This document shows, piece after piece, positions 25,119-34,814 of a DNA stretch of 50,597 nt. The notes below the pieces were generated by a model, which worked only from the letters and a program-made list of their open reading frames with translations, ran no database searches and was not told the origin of the DNA. Both the position numbers and the translations under genes were made by a program. Location of the stretch: the IMG/VR virus record IMGVR_UViG_3300021964_000106, positions 1 to 50,597 of that record. One strand, written 5' to 3'. Within the stretch, counting starts at the first letter, position 1. Each line of letters begins with the position of its first letter. Origin of the DNA: a virus. Its lineage: Duplodnaviria; Caudoviricetes.

Positions 25119-26777
25119 ATGGCATTTATAAAAACACATGTCTACTGCCCTAACTGTAAAGGTTCAGATCCGGCAGCAATAAATGAGGATGGCTCAGCCT
25201 ATTGTTTTAGTTGCAGTGCATACATAAAAAATTATAACGAAGCTACTAAAGGTGAGGAATCTATGGCTAGCACAAAACAAGTATCGCTTGGTACAGTATT
25301 TAATAGTACCAGCGAATTCAACGCCCTGACTGATCGGGGCATCTCTCTAGAAACCGCTAAGTTTTTTGGGGTTAAATCTTCCAAGAATACTCAGGGTAAA
25401 ATCATCTCACATTCTTATCCCTACTATGTTGCCAACGAGGTAGCTGGTTACAAGTTGCGTGAGCCTAACAAGATGTTTTCTTGGAAGGGTACATCTATAG
25501 GCACTGGCTTGTTCGGTCAGAATTTATTTTCTGAAGGTGCTGCAAAGCGGATTACTATTACTGAAGGTGAGTGTGATGCGATGGCATCTTATGAAATGCA
25601 AGGTTCAAAATGGCCTGTAGTTTCCCTGAAGAATGGTGCAGCAGGTGCGGAGCGCGATGTCAAACAGTCACTAGAGTTTTTAGAAAGATATCAAGAAGTA
25701 GTTATCAACTTTGATAACGATCAGCCGGGACGAGAAGCTGCACGTAAGGTAGCTAGGTTACTCAGTCCGGGTAAGGCAAAGATTCTTTCAATGCCTGAAG
25801 AGTTTAAAGATGCCAATGATATGCTTAGGCAAGGTAAACGTCAGGCATATATGGAAGCTTGGTGGGGTTCAAAGTTATATACTCCAAGCGGTGTTGTTAA
25901 TGCTAGTGAGTGTCTTGACAGCTGGTTAAATCGGGAAGAGAAACCTTCTGTACCTTTCCCTTGGGAAGGTCTCAACAAAAAGCTTTATGGTTTAAGGCGG
26001 GGTGAGTTAGTTACTCTTACTGGTGGTACTGGCTTAGGTAAGTCTAGTGTTACAAGAGAGCTAGAGCATTGGATGCTTACTCAAACTAGAGATAATATTG
26101 GTATCATCGCGCTGGAGGAAAATCAGAATAGAACTATAGACGGACTATGTTCTATTGAAGCTAATGATAAACTCTACATAGATCACATCAGAAAATCATA
26201 TGATCCCGACACACTACGAGATATTCATACTAAGATTATGGGTAACGAAAATACTGGTCGTGTCTGGATATTCTCGCATTTAGGTGTGAATGATGTTGAA
26301 GAGATTTACAGTAAGATAAGATTCATGATTGTAGGTTGCGACTGTAAGTGGATAGTAGTAGACCATCTACACATGCTTGTATCAGCCAGCACTGAAGGCG
26401 ATGAGAGGCGTACTATTGATAGCATCATGCATAGACTACGCTCTATAGTAGAGGAGACAGGAGCAGGTATGATACTGGTCTCCCACTTAAAGAGGGCTGA
26501 AGGTAACAGAGGTCATGAGAACGGCCTGACTGTCAGTCTGAACCATCTTAGAGGTAGTCAGTCTATTGCGCAGCTTAGTGATTGCGTCATTGCTTTAGAG
26601 CGTAACCAGCAGTCAGATGATAAAGACGAGGCCAACACTACATCACTAAGAGTATTGAAATCTAGGTACACTGGTGATGTTGGTAGAGCTTCTGATTTAC
26701 TGTACAATCATGATACAGGTAGGCTCAGTGAAGTATTTCTGGATGAGCTAGATGAGGAGTTAGGGGATATACTATGA
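25119..26777 (+). CDS. DNA primase-helicase (T7 gp4-like)
   Basis: Zn finger CPNC...CFSC, TOPRIM ITEGECD / FDND..G / KDAND, Walker A GGTGLGKS, VVDHL, LRGS.SIAQLSD; GAGG RBS before MAFIK. Confidence 0.95.
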   Translation: MAFIKTHVYCPNCKGSDPAAINEDGSAYCFSCSAYIKNYNEATKGEESMASTKQVSLGTVFNSTSEFNALTDRGISLETAKFFGVKSSKNTQGKIISHSYPYYVANEVAGYKLREPNKMFSWKGTSIGTGLFGQNLFSEGAAKRITITEGECDAMASYEMQGSKWPVVSLKNGAAGAERDVKQSLEFLERYQEVVINFDNDQPGREAARKVARLLSPGKAKILSMPEEFKDANDMLRQGKRQAYMEAWWGSKLYTPSGVVNASECLDSWLNREEKPSVPFPWEGLNKKLYGLRRGELVTLTGGTGLGKSSVTRELEHWMLTQTRDNIGIIALEENQNRTIDGLCSIEANDKLYIDHIRKSYDPDTLRDIHTKIMGNENTGRVWIFSHLGVNDVEEIYSKIRFMIVGCDCKWIVVDHLHMLVSASTEGDERRTIDSIMHRLRSIVEETGAGMILVSHLKRAEGNRGHENGLTVSLNHLRGSQSIAQLSDCVIALERNQQSDDKDEANTTSLRVLKSRYTGDVGRASDLLYNHDTGRLSEVFLDELDEELGDIL

Positions 26778-28522
26778 ACTTAGTATTTGATATTGAAACC
26801 AATGGTCTTACAAACTGTAATACTATCTGGTGCATTGTCGCTTACGATATTGATGCCGAGGTATTACACAGTTTCGGCCCAAAAGAAATAGACGAGGGGC
26901 TGGAGCTGCTGACTCAGGCAGACAAGCTGATAGGTCATAACATACTTTCATTTGACATTCCTACTGTCCGAAGACTAACGGGAGTTAGTCTGTATGATAA
27001 AAAGATTGTTGATACTCTGGTTCTTTCAAGACTGTTTAATCCTATCAGAGAAGGTGGGCATGGTCTGGAGGCTTGGGGCTACAAGCTTGGTTATAACAAG
27101 ATAGATTTCCATGACTTCAATAAGTTCTCAAGTGAGATGCTTGAGTACTGTGAGCGTGACGTACAGCTTAATGCTAGGGTCTATCTTGAACTGCGTAAAG
27201 AAGCCAAAGGTTTTTCGGGGCAGAGCATCAAGCTAGAGCATGACTGCTACAAGCTGCTGGACGAGCAACGTATCAATGGATTTATGTTTGATACTACCCA
27301 TGCTTTCTCACTGGTCTCCCGGCTCAAGTCAAGATTAAATGAAGTTGTAGATCAGGTACATAAAGAATTCAAACCAAAGGTAGAAAAGATCAGGCTCTAC
27401 GCTAGAGATACTAAAACGGGCATACCATCTAAGATGGCAGCCACAGATTCAGATAAGCGTATCCGCATGACCGACAGTGAATACAAGATTGCATGTGTTG
27501 ATGGGTTTGTTGACCGTCACATTGAAACGGAATTTAATCTTGGTTCCCGTAAACAGGTCGGGGAATACCTACAAGACTTTGGTTGGAAGCCTACTAAGTT
27601 TACACCAACAGGTCAGCCGATAATTGATGAGGGTACACTCATGGAGATTGAAGGTATCCCTCAAGCTAAATTGATTGCCGAGTACCTGCTGCTCCAGAAA
27701 CGTCTGGCTCAGATTAAATCTTGGTTTAAGTTTTCATGTGAGGATGGTAGGGTACATGGTTACGTGAATTCAAACGGGACTATTACAGGACGTATGACTC
27801 ATCGTGATCCTAACATGGCTCAAGTACCAAGTACTCGCGCTCCTTATGGGGCAGATTGCAGAAAATGCTGGCGTGTACCTACTGGTTATAAACTGGTAGG
27901 TATTGACGCTAGCGGTCTAGAACTACGTATGTTAGCCCACTACATGAACGATGAGGCGTTTACAAATGAAATACTCAATGGTGACATCCACACAGCTAAT
28001 CAAAAGCTTGCAGGACTTGAATCAAGAGATCAGGCAAAGACTTTCATCTATGCACTTATATACGGAGCAGGAAATGAAAAGCTTGGACAAGTGGTTGGAG
28101 GAAACAAAAACCACGGTAAGAGACTTAGAGACTCTTTCCTTAATAATCTCCCAGCATTTGCTGCTCTTGCAAAACGAGTTGAAAGAGCGTCAGCAAAAGG
28201 CTACCTCCGTGGAATAGACGGACGTAAGATATTTATTAGATCGTCACACGCTGCCCTAAACTCACTGCTCCAAGGTGCAGGTGCAATCGTGATGAAGAAA
28301 GCACTGGTCATCTTTGATGACAAGATAAAGTCAAACAATCTTAATGCCAAGATCGTAGCCAACATCCACGATGAGTGGCAGGTTGAGGCTCTAGCTCAGG
28401 ATGCTGAACTGGTAGGTGAACTTGGTATTGATGCTATAGTAGAAGCAGGTGTTGCATTAGAACTGAACTGTCAGCTTGATGGGGAATACAATGTAGGGGA
28501 TGATTGGAGTGGTACACACTAG
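26774..28522 (+). CDS. DNA polymerase family A (T7 gp5-like) with 3'-5' exonuclease
   Basis: FDIET, GHNILSFD, YCERDV exo motifs; DASGLELR motif A, AKTFIYALIYG motif B, IHDE motif C. Confidence 0.96.
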   Translation: MNLVFDIETNGLTNCNTIWCIVAYDIDAEVLHSFGPKEIDEGLELLTQADKLIGHNILSFDIPTVRRLTGVSLYDKKIVDTLVLSRLFNPIREGGHGLEAWGYKLGYNKIDFHDFNKFSSEMLEYCERDVQLNARVYLELRKEAKGFSGQSIKLEHDCYKLLDEQRINGFMFDTTHAFSLVSRLKSRLNEVVDQVHKEFKPKVEKIRLYARDTKTGIPSKMAATDSDKRIRMTDSEYKIACVDGFVDRHIETEFNLGSRKQVGEYLQDFGWKPTKFTPTGQPIIDEGTLMEIEGIPQAKLIAEYLLLQKRLAQIKSWFKFSCEDGRVHGYVNSNGTITGRMTHRDPNMAQVPSTRAPYGADCRKCWRVPTGYKLVGIDASGLELRMLAHYMNDEAFTNEILNGDIHTANQKLAGLESRDQAKTFIYALIYGAGNEKLGQVVGGNKNHGKRLRDSFLNNLPAFAALAKRVERASAKGYLRGIDGRKIFIRSSHAALNSLLQGAGAIVMKKALVIFDDKIKSNNLNAKIVANIHDEWQVEALAQDAELVGELGIDAIVEAGVALELNCQLDGEYNVGDDWSGTH

Positions 28523-28531
28523 GAAATAATT

Positions 28532-29161
28532 ATGTCTTATTTAGTTGAATGCGAAAACTGTAACGAAGACTTAAAGATACAGCATCTTCACTGGGAAGAA
28601 CTTGTTTGTGCTGAGTGTGGTGATACAGTCAAAAACAACCTACCTGAAATGTATCGTGATTATATTAATCTACAATACAAAGATGGTATCTGGTACTACA
28701 CTGGTAATTCAGATGGAGCTAGGCGTACCCTAGAAGCGCATTTAAAAAAGAATAAGAAACGTATGTATGTAGGGGGTAAGTATGTACCTGTCAGTCATGC
28801 TACTCACAGCCCCGGCAGATTTAAAAACTACAATGACGTAGTATTCAAAGAGTATTACAAAACAAAAGATATAAAAGAAGGTAATGTATATCTTATATCT
28901 AATCCCGCTTGGAACGGCTGGCTTAAAGTTGGCAGGGCTATGTCAGTAGCTGATAGGCTAAATGCTTTTCAAACTGCATCTCCCTATAGAGATTATAAAA
29001 TTGAATACGCTATAGCAGTTGAAGATGCTCCCAAAATAGAAAGGCTTTTACATACTGCGCTGAAAAATAAGTTTCGTTCTAAGTATGAATGGTTTAAACT
29101 GGATGTTTCGGATGCATTAAATATAATAAATGAGGTGATAGATAATGAAGAAAACGATTGA
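28532..29161 (+). CDS. Zn-ribbon plus T5orf172/GIY-YIG-like domain protein
   Basis: CENC...CAEC; GNVYLISN.AW.GWLKVG.A...DRL..FQT.SP...E..LH...EWF. Confidence 0.8.
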   Translation: MSYLVECENCNEDLKIQHLHWEELVCAECGDTVKNNLPEMYRDYINLQYKDGIWYYTGNSDGARRTLEAHLKKNKKRMYVGGKYVPVSHATHSPGRFKNYNDVVFKEYYKTKDIKEGNVYLISNPAWNGWLKVGRAMSVADRLNAFQTASPYRDYKIEYAIAVEDAPKIERLLHTALKNKFRSKYEWFKLDVSDALNIINEVIDNEEND

Positions 29162-30005
29162 TACGCTGGTACAAGATATATATACCGCACTAGAACCATT
29201 AACAAATGGTGAGCCTCTTGATGTATCTGATGAATTGATTGATGAATTTGGCGAAGCAATGAAGCAAGCCTTTATCAGCTGGGCAAGACCTACAAAAAGA
29301 GATTCTAATTTTAATCTTAGAATGTCTAACATTGGCAAGCCCTTGAGAAAGCTGTGGTACGACTCCCGTGCTGAAGGTAAGGACAGTGATATGTCTCCAA
29401 GTCTTATGATCAAGTTCTTGTATGGTCATCTACTGGAAGAACTAGCCTTACTCCTAGTTAAGATTTCAGGACATGAAGTAACAGGTCAGCAAAAAGAAAT
29501 AACTGTTGACAGTATTGCAGGACATATGGACTGTAAAATAGATGGTGAAGTAGTTGATGTTAAGACTGCATCTAGTTTTGCATTCAGTAAGTTTAAGTAC
29601 GGAACTTTGGCAGAGAACGATCCCTTTGGATATCTTAGTCAGCTTGCTGGGTACGAAGCTGCTGAAGGAACAAACTCTGGCGGGTTCTTAGTTATCAACA
29701 AAGAAAGCGGAGAACTTTGTTTATTTATACCAGAAGATTTAGATAAACCTAACATCAAAGATCGCATCGCAGTAGTTAAAGATGTAGTTGCATCAGACTT
29801 ACCGCCTGAAAAGTGTTATCCAATTGAAGCTGATGGCGCAAAAGGTAACGAAAAAATTTCTAAGAATTGTTCTTACTGTAGTTATAAATACGACTGCTAC
29901 GCTGATGCAAACAATGGGCAAGGGTTACGTACATTTAAATATGCCAAGGGTCTGGTTCATTTAACAAAAGTTGTTGTCCCTCCAAACGTAGAGGAAGTAT
30001 TGTGA
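29145..30005 (+). CDS. PD-(D/E)XK (Cas4-like) exonuclease
   Basis: LRMSNIGK..RKLWY, GHMDCKIDG.VVDVKTAS, YLSQL.GY, CSYC.YK..C. Confidence 0.85.
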   Translation: MKKTIDTLVQDIYTALEPLTNGEPLDVSDELIDEFGEAMKQAFISWARPTKRDSNFNLRMSNIGKPLRKLWYDSRAEGKDSDMSPSLMIKFLYGHLLEELALLLVKISGHEVTGQQKEITVDSIAGHMDCKIDGEVVDVKTASSFAFSKFKYGTLAENDPFGYLSQLAGYEAAEGTNSGGFLVINKESGELCLFIPEDLDKPNIKDRIAVVKDVVASDLPPEKCYPIEADGAKGNEKISKNCSYCSYKYDCYADANNGQGLRTFKYAKGLVHLTKVVVPPNVEEVL

Positions 30006-30229
30006 ACGGTAAAAAAGCTAAACGGATTAGAAGACAAGCCAAGGAAATGCTAGTTGATTGGTTGCGTGAACAGGTTGAAAAGAAAGACCATCACAAGATA
30101 ACAGTTGATAATATTTTAGATAGATTATCAGACCAGACTCATTTCTTTCTTCAAGGAAAGATGACACTCGCACCCTACTCTTTTAAGTGGGCAATAAAGC
30201 AGATAAAGAAAAATGAGTTTAATGGATGA
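30002..30229 (+). CDS. Hypothetical protein
   Basis: 75 aa, MNGKKAKRIRR start, GAGG RBS, GTGA coupling. Confidence 0.7.
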   Translation: MNGKKAKRIRRQAKEMLVDWLREQVEKKDHHKITVDNILDRLSDQTHFFLQGKMTLAPYSFKWAIKQIKKNEFNG

Positions 30230-30374
30230 AGAACTAATTGAAGTACTTTTAGTTATCGGATTAGAAATTGAGAAGAATGAAAAAAATGTTTACATTAGTA
30301 ATGAAACATTAATCTACCTCTATAATTTGATTGAAGACGAATTAATAAACAGGGAAGAGGCTATAACACATTGA
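30222..30374 (+). CDS. Small acidic protein (50 aa)
   Basis: Hand-translated MDEELIEVLLVIGLEIE...; fills the gap and overlaps both neighbours. Confidence 0.55.
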   Translation: MDEELIEVLLVIGLEIEKNEKNVYISNETLIYLYNLIEDELINREEAITH

Positions 30375-30880
30375 AAGCCAAAATTAGAAACGGATTTCGT
30401 AAGCAGCGGAGGCAGCGTCCAGTACAGAAGAATGTTCCTGCTAGTTATGATTCCATATGGGAAGCTAACTTACATAACGGTCTCCTGAAAAAGTGGAAAC
30501 ATCACAGTAAGATTATTGATTACACCATAAAGCATAAGTATCACCCCGACTTTATTAGAAAAATAGGACGTACTATTTATTTAATTGAAGCTAAGGGAAG
30601 GTTCTGGGATTTCGCTGAGTACAGTAAATACATCTGGATCAACAAGTCCCTGCCCCGAGACTACGAATTAGTATTTTTATTTGCCGATCCTTCTGCACCA
30701 ATGCCCCAAGCTAAACGTAGAAAAGATGGCACGAAGCGCAGCCATGCAGAGTGGGCTGAAGCTAACGGATTCACATGGTACAGTGAGTATACTCTTCCCG
30801 ATGATTGGGTAGATATGGAATATCGTAAGAGTGAAGGGTTTATAAACGAGTATTTTGATAAAGATAAGGAGAGTGAATAA
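30371..30880 (+). CDS. Endonuclease I / Holliday junction resolvase (T7 gp3-like)
   Basis: YDS.WE, Y.PDF, IEAKGRF, WAEANGF.W. Confidence 0.85.
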   Translation: MKAKIRNGFRKQRRQRPVQKNVPASYDSIWEANLHNGLLKKWKHHSKIIDYTIKHKYHPDFIRKIGRTIYLIEAKGRFWDFAEYSKYIWINKSLPRDYELVFLFADPSAPMPQAKRRKDGTKRSHAEWAEANGFTWYSEYTLPDDWVDMEYRKSEGFINEYFDKDKESE

Positions 30881-31173
30881 TGTCTATTGATAATGCTACG
30901 CCAGAAGAATGGTATGAAGTTGGTAAAAAGATACGTGAAGAATCAAGGCTTGATGCGGTTAATTCTCCCGCACATTACAATCAAGGTGGGATAGAATGCA
31001 TTGAGGCCATTGAAGCAATGCTAAATCCAGAGGAATTTATAGGCTACTGCCGGGGCAACAGCATGAAGTATCGCTGGAGATTTAGAGCCAAGAACGGAGT
31101 TGAAGACCTGCGTAAAGCAGAGTGGTACGAGAAGCGTATGTTATCTACAATTATAAAAAAAGGAATTAGTTAA
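30880..31173 (+). CDS. DUF3310 protein (T7 gp1.7-like nucleotide kinase)
   Basis: DAVNSPAHYNQGGIECIEAI...GYCRGNSMKYRWR...KNGVEDLRKAEWY. Confidence 0.9.
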   Translation: MSIDNATPEEWYEVGKKIREESRLDAVNSPAHYNQGGIECIEAIEAMLNPEEFIGYCRGNSMKYRWRFRAKNGVEDLRKAEWYEKRMLSTIIKKGIS

Positions 31174-33065
31174 TGAGTAACGACAAACTAGGAGTGCAAG
31201 AATATCTAGGGCTTAAAATTGATTACGATAAAGAATCGGCACTGGATGTTTTTGCAATTGAAACATTAAAAGATAGATATTTCTGGGAGGGAGAGACACA
31301 TGCTCAAGAAGCTTTTGCAAGGGCTGCTGTATACGGGGCAACTTATAAAGGGGTTACTGACTTTAGTCTTGCACAGCGACTTTATACCTATGCTAGTAAT
31401 ATGTGGTTCATGTTTAGCACTCCTATCCTTAGTAACGGGGGAACTAGCCGTGGCCTACCTATCAGCTGCTTTCTTAATTATGTTCCTGATTCCCGGCACG
31501 GTTTATCTTCTCATTATGATGAGAATATATGGTTGGCAAGCGCAGGTGGAGGGATCGGTGGTTATTGGGGCAGTATTCGGAGTAATGGTGTGGACACAAC
31601 TAACGGTAGTAAGTCTACTGGTTCTATCCCATTCATGCATGTCGTAGATAGCCAGATGTTAGCCTTCAACCAAGGGGTTACAAGGCGAGGTAGCTATGCT
31701 GCTTACATGGATATCAACCATCCAGAAATAGAAGAGTTCATTGCCATGCGTAAGACAACTGGCGGGGACATTAATAGGAAGTGTTTAAACCTACACAACG
31801 CAGTTAATATAACTAACGATTTCTTAGAGGCTGTTGAAAATGACAGCGAGTGGCGGTTGATTGACCCCAAGAGTAATACTGCTATTAAAACAGTTTCTGC
31901 CCGAGACCTATGGTTTCAGATTATCAACACCCGAGCAGAGACCGGAGAGCCATACATTGTAAATACAGATACCTGTAATGCAGCCCTGCCCAAGCAGCAG
32001 CAAGACCTTGGTCTTAATATAAATCAAAGTAATCTTTGCTCAGAAATTACATTAGCCACCAACGAAGAGCGTACTGCTGTGTGTTGTTTATCTAGTGTAA
32101 ACCTAGAACACTTTGATGAGTGGAGCAGTGATGACAACTTTGTACCAGATCTGATTACCATGCTTGACAATATCCTTGAGCATTTTATTTCAGATATTGT
32201 AGACACAAATCACTTGGGTGGTTACACCGCTAACTTTAAACGGTTTAAAGGGTACGTAAAAGAAGGTAAAGAAGGTTATACAAAAGCTGCTTATTCAGCC
32301 TATAGGGAGCGTTCTGTGGGCTTAGGAGCGATGGGATTCCATGCCTACCTTCAACGTAAGGGTATAGCATTTGAAAGCATGTACGCCACCGCATTCAACC
32401 ACAGGGCATTTAACTATATTAAGTCTAAGGCAGTGGAGGCTACTGAGAAGCTAGCTGCTGATCGGGGTGAAGCCCCTGATGTAAACGGCAGCAACAGGCG
32501 CAATGCACATCTACTAGCGGTAGCTCCTAACGCCTCCAGTTCAATTATATGTGGCGGTACTAGTCCATCAATTGAACCTTTCAGAGCTAATGTGTTCACA
32601 CATAAGACTCTGTCGGGCAGCTTTAAGGTTAAGAATAAATACTTAGACGATTTAATTTATGAAATGTTCCCCGGTAGTCAGAAGAAACGTGATGATATCT
32701 GGAAAGATATTGCTGCCCATGAGGGATCAATACAGCATATGGATGTATTCTCTGATGAGCAAAAAGAAATATTTAAGACTGCTCCCGAGTTAAATCAGAT
32801 ATGGATTATAGAACATGCACACCAACGACAGGACTATATTTGTCAGAGCCAAAGTGTTAATCTATTCTTTGTACCTCCTAAAGCTACAGAGCCACAGGAA
32901 GTGCATGATGAGTACTTACAGTATGTAAATGATGTACATTGGGCGGGGGCTAAGAAGCTAAAGTCTATGTATTACTTGCGATCAGACGCTGCTAGATCAG
33001 CTGAGAATGTAAACATAAAGATACCCCGCATTGATTTAGGAACTTGTTTAAGCTGCGAGGGTTAA
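31173..33065 (+). CDS. nrdA: Ribonucleotide reductase class I alpha subunit
   Basis: STPILSN, PISCFL, SNLCSEI, APNASSS, KSMYY, C-terminal CLSCEG; no ATP cone. Confidence 0.96.
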   Translation: MSNDKLGVQEYLGLKIDYDKESALDVFAIETLKDRYFWEGETHAQEAFARAAVYGATYKGVTDFSLAQRLYTYASNMWFMFSTPILSNGGTSRGLPISCFLNYVPDSRHGLSSHYDENIWLASAGGGIGGYWGSIRSNGVDTTNGSKSTGSIPFMHVVDSQMLAFNQGVTRRGSYAAYMDINHPEIEEFIAMRKTTGGDINRKCLNLHNAVNITNDFLEAVENDSEWRLIDPKSNTAIKTVSARDLWFQIINTRAETGEPYIVNTDTCNAALPKQQQDLGLNINQSNLCSEITLATNEERTAVCCLSSVNLEHFDEWSSDDNFVPDLITMLDNILEHFISDIVDTNHLGGYTANFKRFKGYVKEGKEGYTKAAYSAYRERSVGLGAMGFHAYLQRKGIAFESMYATAFNHRAFNYIKSKAVEATEKLAADRGEAPDVNGSNRRNAHLLAVAPNASSSIICGGTSPSIEPFRANVFTHKTLSGSFKVKNKYLDDLIYEMFPGSQKKRDDIWKDIAAHEGSIQHMDVFSDEQKEIFKTAPELNQIWIIEHAHQRQDYICQSQSVNLFFVPPKATEPQEVHDEYLQYVNDVHWAGAKKLKSMYYLRSDAARSAENVNIKIPRIDLGTCLSCEG

Positions 33066-33068
33066 ATT

Positions 33069-33257
33069 ATGAGTAACTCAGATTGTAAATGCGATCCAGA
33101 ATCTTGGGGGTATGCAGACCCTCAAGATATTTGTACAGAGCCGGAGTTTGAAGACTTACATGGTACTTGTTTTAAGTGCTATCATGGACGACAATGCCAC
33201 AAAGAATACTGGGAAACATTTGGTTCTTTGTACTACGAGGAAAAAGACAATGGGTAA
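33069..33257 (+). CDS. Small Cys/His-rich protein
   Basis: CKC...C...CFKCYHGRQCH; GAGG RBS. Confidence 0.65.
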   Translation: MSNSDCKCDPESWGYADPQDICTEPEFEDLHGTCFKCYHGRQCHKEYWETFGSLYYEEKDNG

Positions 33258-33402
33258 GGGCAGTGTGCGTAGGCCATTAGCTATTACCCCTGCTCAGTTT
33301 AATAGTAACTGGGATAGAATATTTCAAAACAAAAGGAATCAAGATGGAACAGATAATAAATCTAGTAAGTCAGTGGAGCAGAGAAAAAAAGATAGTAAGT
33401 AA
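33250..33402 (+). CDS. Small basic protein (NWDRIF motif, 50 aa)
   Basis: MGKGSVRRP...FNSNWDRIFQNK; GAGG upstream. Confidence 0.65.
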   Translation: MGKGSVRRPLAITPAQFNSNWDRIFQNKRNQDGTDNKSSKSVEQRKKDSK

Positions 33403-33646
33403 CTCTACTCCAACAGTTCAGCTAGGTAAATTAGTATCTGAGATGGGCGAGTTAGCCGATAATATAATTAAAGGCCGAGCAGTAAAAGATGATATAGGTG
33501 ATTGTATTGTTGTTCTGAATACAATAGCCTTAATGAATAACACAACATTAGAAGAATGCCTAGCTGTAGCTTATGACGATATTAAAGATCGTAAAGGCTA
33601 TATGAATGAGCTAGGGGTATTTATAAAAGAAGGAGATAAAGAATGA
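33344..33646 (+). CDS. MazG-like nucleoside triphosphate pyrophosphohydrolase
   Basis: QLGKLVSEMGELA...KDDIGD..VVL...ECL.VAYDDIKDRKG. Confidence 0.85.
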   Translation: MEQIINLVSQWSREKKIVSNSTPTVQLGKLVSEMGELADNIIKGRAVKDDIGDCIVVLNTIALMNNTTLEECLAVAYDDIKDRKGYMNELGVFIKEGDKE

Positions 33647-34611
33647 GCTTACTTAGTACTAGAGATTACTACAAACCTTTTGATCATCCTTGGATGTTTG
33701 ATTACTACTTCCAGCAGAACCAGATGCATTGGTTCCCAGAAGATGTACCCCTGCACAATGATGTTAAAGATTGGCAGGACATGACGCAGGAAGAAAAGAA
33801 TCTCCTGACACAAATATTCAGACTGTTTACTCAGTCAGATGTAGATGTAGGTAGCGGATACGTTGACCGCTACATGCGCATCTTTAAGAAACCAGAAGCC
33901 CGTATGATGATGGGTGCATTCGCCAACATGGAGTCCATACATCAACACGCCTACAGCTTGTTGCTAGATACCGTGGGTATGCCTGAAGTAGAATACAAAG
34001 CTTTCTCTGAGTATGAAGAAATGTCTGACAAGCATGAGTATGTCAACAGCCTACGCATATCAGTAAAAGATAAAGGTTCAATTGCTAAGAACCTTGCTGT
34101 CTACAGTGCCTTCACCGAGGGACTACAGCTGTTCAGCAGCTTTGTTATCCTTCTAAACTTCCCCCGCTTTGGGCGCATGAAAGGAATGGGGCAGATAGTT
34201 AGTTACAGTATTAAAGATGAATCTCTTCATGTAGAAGCCATGACCCGCCTGTTCCGAGAGTTTATTCAGGAGAATCTGGATATCTGGACAGATGATTTCA
34301 AGAAAGAAATCTATCAGGCATGCCGGGATATGGTTATGTTGGAGCAGAAGTTCTTGGACTTAGTGTTTGAAATGGGCGATATCCGAGGATTAAGCCGATC
34401 AGAGATGAGTGATTATGTTCATTATATAGCTGACCGCAGACTGCTACAACTAGGCTTAAAGCCTAACTATGAGGTTAAGGACAACCCGCTGCACTGGCTT
34501 GATGATGTTCTTGGCGTAGAACACCAGAACTTCTTTGAAGGTAGAGCAACAGCTTACATGAAAGCAGGGCTGCGAGGTAAGCAGGAGAATGTTGTATGGA
34601 AGGAAATTTAA
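33643..34611 (+). CDS. nrdB: Ribonucleotide reductase class I beta subunit
   Basis: FTQSDVDV, ESIH..AY (radical Tyr), EGLQLFSSF, DESLH, NFFE.RAT.Y. Confidence 0.96.
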   Translation: MSLLSTRDYYKPFDHPWMFDYYFQQNQMHWFPEDVPLHNDVKDWQDMTQEEKNLLTQIFRLFTQSDVDVGSGYVDRYMRIFKKPEARMMMGAFANMESIHQHAYSLLLDTVGMPEVEYKAFSEYEEMSDKHEYVNSLRISVKDKGSIAKNLAVYSAFTEGLQLFSSFVILLNFPRFGRMKGMGQIVSYSIKDESLHVEAMTRLFREFIQENLDIWTDDFKKEIYQACRDMVMLEQKFLDLVFEMGDIRGLSRSEMSDYVHYIADRRLLQLGLKPNYEVKDNPLHWLDDVLGVEHQNFFEGRATAYMKAGLRGKQENVVWKEI

Positions 34612-34814
34612 TATCGTTTAAACTATTGATAAACTTACACGGTGATTTAATTACCGAGGTAAGCATGCTGCCTAAAGATAAGATATCAAAAGTATTTAAA
34701 AAAGATGATGCCCCGCTAATTCATAAAGCAATTAGCGAGGCTGAAATAAAGTTGAAAGGACTACACAAATATTTAGAGGATGAAATATCTGCGTTTAATA
34801 ACTCCAAACTGTAG
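34596..34814 (+). CDS. Hypothetical protein, last gene of plus arm
   Basis: 72 aa, AGGAG RBS. Confidence 0.65.
   Translation: MEGNLISFKLLINLHGDLITEVSMLPKDKISKVFKKDDAPLIHKAISEAEIKLKGLHKYLEDEISAFNNSKL

Noticed and set aside
29145-30005. Cas4 as evidence of a CRISPR system
   Set aside because: Stand-alone Cas4-like exonucleases are routine in phage replication modules; no array or other cas genes.
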